From the NCBI GenBank assembly GCA_964514965.1, contig CAZETV010000002.1, positions 156,445-188,444 on the forward strand: DNA of 32,000 bases, written 5' to 3'. The notes under the pieces were generated by a model, which did not search any database, was not told the origin of the DNA, and saw only the letters and a program-made list of their open reading frames with translations. The stretch is from Candidatus Hadarchaeota archaeon (GTDB taxonomy: Archaea > Hadarchaeota > Hadarchaeia > Hadarchaeales > Hadarchaeaceae). A program made the position numbers and the translations under genes. Positions 10,282 to 22,050 of the stretch are shown one piece after another; position 1 is the first letter of the stretch, and each line of letters starts with the position of its first letter.

Positions 10282-10887
10282 TTATCTCGCCCCTCTCGCT
10301 ATTCGCTCAGTCTCACCTTTTCGCGCCACAGCGAAACTTTTCATGTCGTTGCTAGCAGCCATGATGAGTTCCTCAGCAAGGCACTCCTCGATAGGTTTTT
10401 TGTTCGAGAAAGACGCTGCGAAGCTCCCGGCCGCGAGATTCTTGAGTGCGATGTCGAGCCTCCGCTGGGGGGAAGAGTCGACTGCGACGTAATAGGTTAT
10501 CCCTCCGTAACTTATCCGGGTAGTCTCCTCGCGTGGGGCCGAATTCTGTATGGCCTCAATCAAAACTTGAACAGGATTTCTATTCGTCCGCTTTTCGATA
10601 ATCTCAAATGACTTACGCACAATGTTATATTCCTTGTATTTTTTGCCGCAGGCTTTGGCGCCGCGGATTGCCTTGCCCCCAAGCTTCCTCACGCCCGGCC
10701 CTGAACGCATAATTTTATTTATCAACCGCTCGACGATCGGCGCACTCGCTTTTCCAAATTGTTTGCGGGAATGCCTTCCGCCGCCATGCAAAACCATACC
10801 TGGCTCCAGTCGAATGTACTGCTTCAGCCCGAGGTCCTCTATCGCAATACCGTCGACTGACCACTTGTCGAAGTACTTGAACTCCAT
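10282..10887 (-). CDS. rps7: 30S ribosomal protein S7 (uS7)
   Basis: MEFKYFDKWSVDGIAIEDLGLKQYIRLEP...NRNPVQVLIEAIQNSAPREETTRISYGGITYYVAVD; start at the internal Met to limit overlap with S12. Confidence 0.96.
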   Translation of the reverse strand: MEFKYFDKWSVDGIAIEDLGLKQYIRLEPGMVLHGGGRHSRKQFGKASAPIVERLINKIMRSGPGVRKLGGKAIRGAKACGKKYKEYNIVRKSFEIIEKRTNRNPVQVLIEAIQNSAPREETTRISYGGITYYVAVDSSPQRRLDIALKNLAAGSFAASFSNKKPIEECLAEELIMAASNDMKSFAVARKGETERIARGAR

Positions 10888-10891
10888 CCAA

Positions 10892-11329
10892 TCACCGCGC
10901 TGGCTTCTCCTTGCGCCCCTCCACGAGCTCATTCAGCGAGACATCATTCACTTTAATCACCTTGTAGCGAACGCCAGGAATATCGCCGTAAGAACCACCT
11001 TTCGCACCCCCTATCCCCTCGATGACGACCTCGTCGTGCTCATCGATGAACCCAATTGCGCCATCTCTAGGGGCGAAGGCAGTTACCTGACGACTATTCT
11101 TGATGAGTTGAACGCGAACGCATTTCCTAATCGCGGAGTTTGGCTGTTTGGCTTCGATCCCAACCTTTTCGAGTACAATTCCCCTTCCTTGCGGCGACCC
11201 TTCGAGAGGGTCAGCTTTTTCGTCAAGTCTGAGCACCCGTCGCTTGTATTGAGCACTCTTCCATCTATACTGCTGCCTTTTGGAACCCAGTTTCCGAGCT
11301 GCAAATTCCCCTCTGGAACCTTTACTCAT
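10892..11329 (-). CDS. rps12: 30S ribosomal protein S12 (uS12)
   Basis: [49 protein letters not shown]. Confidence 0.97.
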   Translation of the reverse strand: MSKGSRGEFAARKLGSKRQQYRWKSAQYKRRVLRLDEKADPLEGSPQGRGIVLEKVGIEAKQPNSAIRKCVRVQLIKNSRQVTAFAPRDGAIGFIDEHDEVVIEGIGGAKGGSYGDIPGVRYKVIKVNDVSLNELVEGRKEKPAR

Positions 11330-11372
11330 AATTCCCCACCTAAAAGAACACTTTCCTTTCCAACCTTAAAAA

Positions 11373-11797
11373 TCAAACAAGTGAGAGGTCTTGAATCCCA
11401 TGATGGCGGAGGGCAAGTTTCTTTGCGCACTGGATTTTTCTGCCTCCTCGACCGATGGCTATTCCTCGGTCTTGTTCTTCGATGTCTATTAACGCGATTT
11501 TCTTGCCTTCACGTTCGACGATGTTGACTCCCCTGACCTTTGCGGGCATTAATATATTTTTTACGAACTTTGCTGGGTCTGCAGAGTATTCGACGACCTC
11601 GACGCTTTTCCCGATTATTCGCTTTGTCCTTTTAATCTTATTTCCACCTTTACCTATGACAAAACCAATATCTCCCATTTTCACAACGAAGGTGAGCCTA
11701 GCTCCATTTTCGTGAATTATACAATCGTGAACCCTCGCTCCCGTCAATCCCTCAAAGAGGGCGATGTAGCGCATTTCATCGGCGCTGAGTTTAATGC

Positions 11798-11801
<4 letters not shown>
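11373..11801 (-). CDS. nusA: NusA-like KH-domain transcription termination/antitermination factor
   Basis: Double KH protein (VIGKGGNKIKRTKRIIGKSVEVVEYS...IAIGRGGRKIQCAKKLALRHHGI) in archaeal S12-NusA-L30e position. Confidence 0.93.
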
Positions 11802-15907
<4,106 letters not shown>

Positions 15908-18900
15908 CTATGCCCTATCTTTCAGCCGCAAGCGTGGCGACATGCACATCGACTTGAGTTCGTCAACTAGTAACTTGAAAGCATATGATATCTCCACCCC
16001 GTAAATCTCCGAGTCTTCATCACAAACTGGGCAGTATGTATAATCTCGCCGCCTGTCGTAAATCGCAAAACTGCCGCATTTGCCACATATAAGGCTGGTG
16101 TACCTGTCCGAAGCGTCCAAGAGGCGCTCCTTCAACAACATCGCTGCACCATGACCAATCAAGCAGTCACGCTCCATTTCTCCGAAGCGCAAACCCCCTT
16201 CGCGCGCCCTGCCCTCGGTTGGCTGATGGGTCAGAACCTGCACCGGCCCTCGAGAGCGAGCATGAATTTTGTCCGCCACCATATGGTGAAGTTTTTGATA
16301 ATAACAGACCCCGATGAAGATGTCTGTGGGAATCATCTCACCAGTGACCCCATTATACATTATCTCCTTACCCGTGTGCTTGAATCCGCAAGCTTGAAGC
16401 ATTTCGCGCAGTTGATTTTCCGGCATTCCCGCGAACGGAGTACCATCAATTCTTTGTCCAGAAATCGCCCCGACTTTACCGGCAATCATCTCCAGCAACT
16501 GCCCTACCGACATACGTGAGGGAATAGCGTGTGGGTTGATAAGAACATCAGGGACTATCCCATTTTCGGTGAATGGCATGTCCGCGCTATCTAGGACGAT
16601 TCCAATAACTCCCTTCTGACCATGCCTAGACGCAATCTTATCCCCAATCTCCGGTATACGCAGGTCTCTGACCCGCGCCCTTACGAGTTTGTTTCCCTCA
16701 GATGTCGTGCTCATGAGAATCATGTCAACAATCCCTTCCTCGCTGGGTCTGACCCTTATCGAACTTTCCCGACGTCCATGCTCGACTGCGATGCCGAACT
16801 CGTCTATCTCCTCTAAGAATCTCGGCGGGCTTGTTCGACCAATCAAGACATCCTCGCCCCGAACTTCGGATTCAACCTCAGTTATCCCATCTTCCCCAAG
16901 GTTCCGGTAAAGGCTCGCGTCAGCATACCCTCGAATTTCCTCACTTGGGACCTCGAACTTGTCCTCTTGTCCCCCAAGATACCTACCTTCCTCGGCCTCG
17001 TAAGCCCTGTAAAACGTCGTTCGCCCAAATCCACGACCAATGGAATCTTTGTTGACGATGAGAGCATCTTCCATGTTGTAGCCGCCGTAGGTCGCGATTG
17101 CCACCACAACGTTCTGTCCAGCAGCCCTGCGGTCGAAGCCAACCGCGTCCATCACCTTGGTCCAGATAAGCGGAACTTGTGGGTATTGTAAAAAGTGACT
17201 CCGCGTATCTACACGGTTGTGAATATTGGTTGCTCCAACCCCGAGTGCCTGTTTGGCCATGTTCGCGCCGTAAGTATTCCGCGGTGATTGATTGTGCTCG
17301 GCGTATGGGATGAGTGCTGCGCTTATCCCCAACATCGCTAGCTGGTGAAGCTCTAAGTTAGTGTTTTCTGGTATCAGCTCCTGTTGCGAGATCGCGATAA
17401 AAGAGTTTTCCTCCTCCTCAGCGTCTAAGTATTCTATTACGCCCTCCTGAATCATATCACGCCAAGTGAGTTCACCAGTCTTGACCTTCTCGATGTGTTC
17501 CTCAGCCAAAAGAGATTTCCCGCCTTCGACTACAATTACTGGTCTGCGCACCCGGCCGGCGTCCGTGTTTATCCGCACCTCGTTCGTGTCCTCCCTATAC
17601 GCTATGTTAATTTGCTCATCGACGCTTCCCTTACGACGATGACGCCTGAATTCCTCCACAAGCATTTGCCCATTTTCGGCTATGCCAATTAATCGCCCGT
17701 TTATGTAAACAACACTCTTGCCCTTGTGTTCGCTGCCCTTCTGGATTTTTATGACGCCAAGCTTGTACAAGAGTCGCTCGCACTTCCCCTCTTCTGTTCC
17801 TGTCGAGATTTCAGCCATCAGCGCGAGATTTTTCACAAGCCCACAGTTCGGACCCTCTGGAGTCTCGCACGGACAAATCTTACCCCAGTGCGTCGGGTGG
17901 AGGTCACGTGCCTCGAAGTGGGGCTGGCTCCGGCTCAGGGGAGAGACGACGCGACGTAAGTGTGAGATGGCGGCAATGTAGTTCGTCCGGTCTAAGAGCT
18001 GGCTAACCCCGGACCGTCCACCCGGCCAGTTGCCAGTGGCCAAAGCGTGCCGGATTCGTTCAGTCAGCACATCCGCGCGCGCCGCGGTCTTGACATTCAG
18101 CTCCCTGCCCCTCGCATTTGCCCGCTCGAGCTGATATTTGATGTCCCGGGTGAGGTTGAGAAAAGCTAGCCTGAACACGTTCTCGAGCAAATCACCCGCC
18201 AGTTTCAGCCGTTTGTTCGCATAGTGATCCTTGTCGTTTACATCTCTCCGACCGAGCGCAAGTTCTATCACCTGCTCAGCCATTCTACCTAGATAATACA
18301 CCTTACCGATGCGATCCTTTGGACGGGAACCTATGTGCGGTAAAAGATACCTGTCTAACACCTCTTGTGCCCGCTCCAGCCGGTATTCCTTGGTCTGCCC
18401 TATTGCCACTCGCTTCCCTATTAAGTCGAGTGCATCCTCGCGCGTTTTTACTTCCACCGCTTCCTGTAGGTTCTCAAAGAGTTCACGAATTAGCTCTTGG
18501 TCATCAGAAACAGCTTCTACGATCTCGCGATCGCTCTCGAGCCCCAAGGCGCGCATCAGAACCACGAGCGATACTTGTCCTGGAACGGCGGGAAACGAGA
18601 CGCGCAACAAGCCATCACGCTTCCGCTCGACCACGACGAGTGCCCGAAAACCGCGCTGGGTCGAGAAGACCTTCGCCACCGCGGTGCCCATGCGTTCATC
18701 TCTTTCTACCAAAATCGAGTTCGACGCAAGATCCTCTTGGGTGACAATCACCCGCTCCGAACCATTAACAATGAAATAACCCCCAGGGTCTAGAGGGTCC
18801 TCGCCGGCAGCTATCAGTTCGTCCTCGCTCTTACCACTCAACTTGCAAAGTTTTGACTTGAGCATCACTGGTAGCTCGCCAACATACACTTCTTCTGTGG

Positions 18901-19210
18901 GTTGTTCCTTTCCCTGTTTGATAAGATGTACATCAAGATAAATCGGCGCAGTGTAGCTGAGATTTCGCAATCTCGCCTCGCTAGGAAATATTTCTGGACG
19001 GGATCCATCGGCTTCCTTCACCGAGGGATTACCCAATCTCACCTTGCCAAACTTGACATCGACGCCCGCGATATCGATATCTACGCCGCCTATTCCGTCG
19101 ATGACACTCTGGATTCCATGATCGATGAATTCATTGTAGGAGTCTAGGTGCTGCCTTACAAGCCCCCTTTCCTTGAAGAAAGCCTCTACTAAAGGCCAAG
19201 TGTCCTGCAT
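15908..19210 (-). CDS. rpoB: DNA-directed RNA polymerase subunit B (unsplit, 1100 aa)
   Basis: GYNMEDALIVNKDSIGRGFGRTTFYR; KIASRHGQKGVIG; C-terminal zinc site CGKCGSF...YCPVC. Confidence 0.98.
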   Translation of the reverse strand: MQDTWPLVEAFFKERGLVRQHLDSYNEFIDHGIQSVIDGIGGVDIDIAGVDVKFGKVRLGNPSVKEADGSRPEIFPSEARLRNLSYTAPIYLDVHLIKQGKEQPTEEVYVGELPVMLKSKLCKLSGKSEDELIAAGEDPLDPGGYFIVNGSERVIVTQEDLASNSILVERDERMGTAVAKVFSTQRGFRALVVVERKRDGLLRVSFPAVPGQVSLVVLMRALGLESDREIVEAVSDDQELIRELFENLQEAVEVKTREDALDLIGKRVAIGQTKEYRLERAQEVLDRYLLPHIGSRPKDRIGKVYYLGRMAEQVIELALGRRDVNDKDHYANKRLKLAGDLLENVFRLAFLNLTRDIKYQLERANARGRELNVKTAARADVLTERIRHALATGNWPGGRSGVSQLLDRTNYIAAISHLRRVVSPLSRSQPHFEARDLHPTHWGKICPCETPEGPNCGLVKNLALMAEISTGTEEGKCERLLYKLGVIKIQKGSEHKGKSVVYINGRLIGIAENGQMLVEEFRRHRRKGSVDEQINIAYREDTNEVRINTDAGRVRRPVIVVEGGKSLLAEEHIEKVKTGELTWRDMIQEGVIEYLDAEEEENSFIAISQQELIPENTNLELHQLAMLGISAALIPYAEHNQSPRNTYGANMAKQALGVGATNIHNRVDTRSHFLQYPQVPLIWTKVMDAVGFDRRAAGQNVVVAIATYGGYNMEDALIVNKDSIGRGFGRTTFYRAYEAEEGRYLGGQEDKFEVPSEEIRGYADASLYRNLGEDGITEVESEVRGEDVLIGRTSPPRFLEEIDEFGIAVEHGRRESSIRVRPSEEGIVDMILMSTTSEGNKLVRARVRDLRIPEIGDKIASRHGQKGVIGIVLDSADMPFTENGIVPDVLINPHAIPSRMSVGQLLEMIAGKVGAISGQRIDGTPFAGMPENQLREMLQACGFKHTGKEIMYNGVTGEMIPTDIFIGVCYYQKLHHMVADKIHARSRGPVQVLTHQPTEGRAREGGLRFGEMERDCLIGHGAAMLLKERLLDASDRYTSLICGKCGSFAIYDRRRDYTYCPVCDEDSEIYGVEISYAFKLLVDELKSMCMSPRLRLKDRA

Positions 19211-19218
19211 TATACCAC

Positions 19219-19458
19219 CTACTTAATCACGTACCTATACACGACGGCTTTCCCCGCTGTGGCACTGTTACGGGTGATTTCGAGCAAGTCTCCGGGCTTG
19301 GCCCCTATAGCTTTAGCGGCGGGGTCGGAACTTTTGATGAATGGGAGCTGGTGGGGAAAAATCTTGTAACGATCAAGAACCTCTTGCACTTTCTCTTTCG
19401 ACAATATTTCATGTTTTGGCACGAGCACGTGCTGTCCAACGTCAATTTTGGCTGACAT
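19219..19458 (-). CDS. rpoH: DNA-directed RNA polymerase subunit H
   Basis: VGQHVLVPKHEILSKEKVQEVLDRYKIFPHQLPFIKSSDPAAKAIGAKPGDLLEITRNSATAGKAVVYRYV; first gene of the rpoHBA'A'' series. Confidence 0.96.
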   Translation of the reverse strand: MSAKIDVGQHVLVPKHEILSKEKVQEVLDRYKIFPHQLPFIKSSDPAAKAIGAKPGDLLEITRNSATAGKAVVYRYVIK

Positions 19459-19483
19459 ATTCTCCCCGCATACCGCCTCACAA

Positions 19484-19558
19484 CGGGCCCGGAGGGATTC
19501 GAACCCTCGACACCCGGCTTAAAAGGCCGGTGCGCTAGCCAGACTGCGCTACGGGCCC
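19484..19558 (-). tRNA. tRNA-Lys(UUU)
   Basis: Acceptor GGGCCCG/CGGGCCC, anticodon arm CCGGC-CTTTTAA-GCCGG, T arm GAGGG-TTCGAAT-CCCTC, discriminator G, no encoded CCA. Confidence 0.96.
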
Positions 19559-19707
19559 AAGAAAGCGGCTTGAACTCTCCTTTTATGCTTTTCGCTATTT
19601 AAAATCATCGGAAGCACATTTAAAACTTTCTAAATGATGGTACTGTTAACTTAATGGGGCCCAACCACAACCTTTTACGATTTTTGATTTCTTGCCGTGG
19701 GCCTTCT

Positions 19708-20265
19708 CTAGACTAAATGTTCAATCAGTATTTTTATTCCGATACCAATTAAAATAAGACCTCCTATAATTTCAATTTTATTCCCAAAAAGGTGCCTAAA
19801 GCTATTCCCAGCAAAAACACCGAGAAACGACAACAGAAATGTTACAATCCCAACTACGATTATTGAGACCACGATAAGAATTTTTAAAAATGCAAAGCTT
19901 ACTCCAACAACCAAAGCGTCAATACTTGTAGCAACGGATAATACCAACAAAACATGAACATTCATTGGGTTGGTTTCTTTTTTGCTTGATTCTGTCTTAA
20001 TTGACTCATGAATCATTTTACAACCAACCAGACTCAGAAGTCCAAAAGCTATCCAATGGTCAAACCCTGTAATGAAATCTTTCAGGCCAGAACCAGCTAA
20101 CCACCCTATTAACAACATGACAGCCTGAAATAACCCAAAAAATATTGCGATTTTCAAGGCATTATTGATTCTCGGGTGTTTTATTGTTGTTCCGCTTGTG
20201 ATGGATACGGCAAAAGCATCCATTGCCAATCCAAACGCTACTACAAATATTGTGATCATATCCAT
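19708..20265 (-). CDS. MntP/DUF204-like membrane protein (putative Mn2+ efflux)
   Basis: AFGLAMDAFAVSITSG and SVATSIDALVVGVSFAFL paired motifs, 6 hydrophobic segments. Confidence 0.85.
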   Translation of the reverse strand: MDMITIFVVAFGLAMDAFAVSITSGTTIKHPRINNALKIAIFFGLFQAVMLLIGWLAGSGLKDFITGFDHWIAFGLLSLVGCKMIHESIKTESSKKETNPMNVHVLLVLSVATSIDALVVGVSFAFLKILIVVSIIVVGIVTFLLSFLGVFAGNSFRHLFGNKIEIIGGLILIGIGIKILIEHLV

Positions 20266-20362
20266 TCGATATCACTTTGTATGAAGTTTATTGCCTAACA
20301 TACCCCGCTTTTTACATTAAGGCATTGTGTCGGCCAAATAATTTAACAATGCATTAAATTGA

Positions 20363-20408
20363 GATGCCTTGGCCTAGATTTGAATCCGAAGCGCAGGCTC
20401 GACAGGCA
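20363..20408 (-). pseudogene. Partial, diverged copy of the tRNA-Asp 3' half (anticodon loop to 3' end)
   Basis: gatgccttggcctagatttgaatccgaagcgcaggctcgacaggc aligns ungapped to 21545-21589 (gacgccctggccgggatttgaacccgaggcgcaggctcgacaggc) with 6 differences. Confidence 0.8.
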
Positions 20409-20515
20409 AAATTATTCTAGTGGCGGGAAAAGTTCCCTAATAAGACATTAAGGAAAGTTTTGACGCTCCACAAAGCAAGTAGAGCACATAAATTCTTTGC
20501 GATATATTTCGAATT

Positions 20516-21370
20516 TTAACCTTCCCAAGCTGCCCACTTTTTAAAAATCTTTTCTTGGGATTCGACAGCCTCAGATAAATTGAATGGACTTTCGACGTTT
20601 CCAATTTCTCCTTTAACGGGGATGAAAATTTTGGTCTTAGGATTTTTGAAAGGGCAAGGCGGATAATGAGGGTGTTGCTTTCCCTTCCTCACCCCGGTTA
20701 CATCGCTTTCGGGACAAACACCTCTCATGAAACCTCGACATCCAATCAATCCTCTCGAGATCGGTAGTTGCTCAAGCAGGGCAAGATACATTTGCGCTGC
20801 TAAGCATCTGAACTCCGGAGACGTCCTGACACAAAGACGCAAGCCCAGCAAATTCAATAGAGACCGCAAATTTATCGTGACATGATAAATCCCAACTGCC
20901 TGAGAGAACGGCAGGGTGTACCTCGCCGACTCCCTCGGTACCCCCCGCTCTAGAAGTTTCTCATAAATTTCTATCCCCTGCGAAATGCTTTTCCAAAATT
21001 CCTGCCTTATCGTATCTCCCTCGTCTAACTTCAGTAAATCCCAAGGCAAAATTACTTCGTAAACCGGCCGCTCCTTTTCTATCCCCTCGTCTGCTTTGAT
21101 GTACCTAGTCGAATAACCGCTGTGGCTAGTCATCCTGTGCTCCAAAAACTCCGGGGCATTTCCTTTAGTCATTTTTAAATCGAATTTTATGATTATGTGT
21201 TCTAACGCTGAACTATAATCGTTTCTAACTATCATTTTAAAGATATCTTCGTCAAGAACTACCGGTGGAACCCCCGAGACTCTTGCTGAATAAGCCACTT
21301 CTTTCCAAGCGTTTTTTCCTCCCACTACCTCAAAATTCCAAATTTGAGGTTTCACCACTTCTATTTCCAT
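20516..21370 (-). CDS. thyX: FAD-dependent thymidylate synthase ThyX
   Basis: EFLEHRMTSHSGYSTRYIK (ThyX-type motif), NLRSLLNLLGLRLCVRTSPEFRCLAAQMY. Confidence 0.88.
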   Translation of the reverse strand: MEIEVVKPQIWNFEVVGGKNAWKEVAYSARVSGVPPVVLDEDIFKMIVRNDYSSALEHIIIKFDLKMTKGNAPEFLEHRMTSHSGYSTRYIKADEGIEKERPVYEVILPWDLLKLDEGDTIRQEFWKSISQGIEIYEKLLERGVPRESARYTLPFSQAVGIYHVTINLRSLLNLLGLRLCVRTSPEFRCLAAQMYLALLEQLPISRGLIGCRGFMRGVCPESDVTGVRKGKQHPHYPPCPFKNPKTKIFIPVKGEIGNVESPFNLSEAVESQEKIFKKWAAWEG

Positions 21371-21506
21371 CTAAATCACCAACGAAACTGATGTCCCAAT
21401 ATTTGTGTATGTTATGATTCCACCACAATTTAATAGTTTTTCTACGAGGTATAAAAATTAATAATTGACAGTTTTGTGAGAGGCCCTCCCCAATCCGTGA
21501 GTACAG

Positions 21507-21530
21507 GCAAAAATGAAAACCAAAAAATTT
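21507..21530 (-). terminator. Candidate T-rich terminator after tRNA-Asp
   Basis: Minus strand downstream of tRNA-Asp reads AAATTTTTTGGTTTTCATTTTTG; archaeal terminators are T-rich. Confidence 0.45.
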
Positions 21531-21546
21531 GTGCCTTTTTGCGAGA

Positions 21547-21621
21547 CGCCCTGGCCGGGATTTGAACCCGAGGCGCAGGCTCGACAGGCCTGCATGCTAG
21601 ACCGGTCTACACCACCAGGGC
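21547..21621 (-). tRNA. tRNA-Asp(GUC)
   Basis: Acceptor GCCCTGG/CCAGGGC, anticodon loop CTGTCGA in CAGGC/GCCTG, T arm CGGG-TTCAAAT-CCCG, discriminator G. Confidence 0.95.
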
Positions 21622-21663
21622 CCAAACAAAAATGATTCGCGCCAATAATAAGTTTATCCAAGT

Positions 21664-21787
21664 GGACTGGCAGCGTCTCGGAGTTCCCCTTGGCTCTCGC
21701 ACAAGAGTACAGTCCGAATCGCTGGCAGGCTTAACTTCCGGGGTCTGACGAGACCGGGTGTTGCCCCACCGCTATGACCGCCAGTCC
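21664..21787 (-). rRNA. rrf: 5S ribosomal RNA
   Basis: Minus strand GGACTGGCGGTCATAGCGGTGGGGCAACACCCGGTCTCGTCAGACCCCGGAAGTTAAGCCTGCCAGCG...GCTGCCAGTCC; conserved 5S core (ACACCCGGTCTCG, CCGGAAGTTAAGCC) and closing helix GGACTGGC/GCCAGTCC (internal mismatch/wobble tolerated). Confidence 0.93.
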
Positions 21788-21843
21788 AGTTAATCTTTGA
21801 GTTTGTAATTAAAAAGCTTGTTTAAGTGGTCCCGCGGGCCGGA

Positions 21844-21863
21844 TTTTCAGCAGATTTGCCGCA
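21844..21863 (-). other. tRNA intron, 20 nt, position 59/60 in T loop of tRNA-Tyr
   Basis: UUCAAA^UGCGGCAAAUCUGCUGAAAA^UCCGGC: outer helix GCCGG/CCGGC, central 4-bp helix UUCA/UGAA, two 3-nt AAU bulges, inner helix GCGG/CUGC; strict bulge-helix-bulge. Confidence 0.85.
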
Positions 21864-21887
21864 TTTGAACCGGCAACATGTCGGTTT

Positions 21888-21918
21888 CGGCTTGGGTCTT
21901 TGGCCCGCCTCTCGGCGA
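21888..21918 (-). other. tRNA intron, about 31 nt, in anticodon loop of tRNA-Tyr (exact junctions unresolved by 1-3 nt)
   Basis: Extra sequence between CTGT and AAA-CCGAC of the anticodon arm; placement shown restores a GUA anticodon (CUGU|AAA). Confidence 0.65.
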
Positions 21919-22050
21919 ACAGCCGACCACTCTACCAAACTGAGTTACCGCGGGGCCAAGTTAAAATTGGGATTTATGAACTCTTAAGGTTTCACCCAAG
22001 AAACTCGTGCAACCTGCGGATAGCACTCAACTTTTCCTTCCGATCAATCT

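Larger units (their letters stand above)
21830..21954 (-). tRNA. tRNA-Tyr (inferred GUA anticodon) with two apparent introns; 3' CCA encoded at 21827-21829
   Basis: Acceptor CCCGCGG/CCGCGGG giving C1-G72 and A73 (archaeal Tyr hallmarks); D arm ACTC-AGTTTGGTA-GAGT; anticodon stem GTCGG/CCGAC; T stem GCCGG/CCGGC once a 20-nt insert is removed. Removing 31 + 20 nt leaves a 74-nt mature tRNA. Confidence 0.87.

Noticed and set aside
9256-10611. 451-aa plus-strand ORF
   Set aside because: Antisense shadow of EF-1 alpha and S7, both unmistakable on the minus strand; its translation has no protein-family character.
10622-11527. 301-aa plus-strand ORF
   Set aside because: Antisense to S7, S12 and NusA-like genes; shadow ORF.
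19341-19538. Plus-strand ORF overlapping rpoH and tRNA-Lys
   Set aside because: Part of its translation comes from the tRNA complement (typical NPPGGIRTLDTR-like artefact).
20266-20362. Possible Mn-sensing (yybP-ykoY-like) riboswitch upstream of the MntP-like gene
   Set aside because: Short AT-rich leader without recognisable conserved riboswitch core by eye.
21458-21661. 67-aa ORF around tRNA-Asp
   Set aside because: Translation contains ACRACASGSNPGQG, an artefact of reading through the tRNA-Asp sequence.
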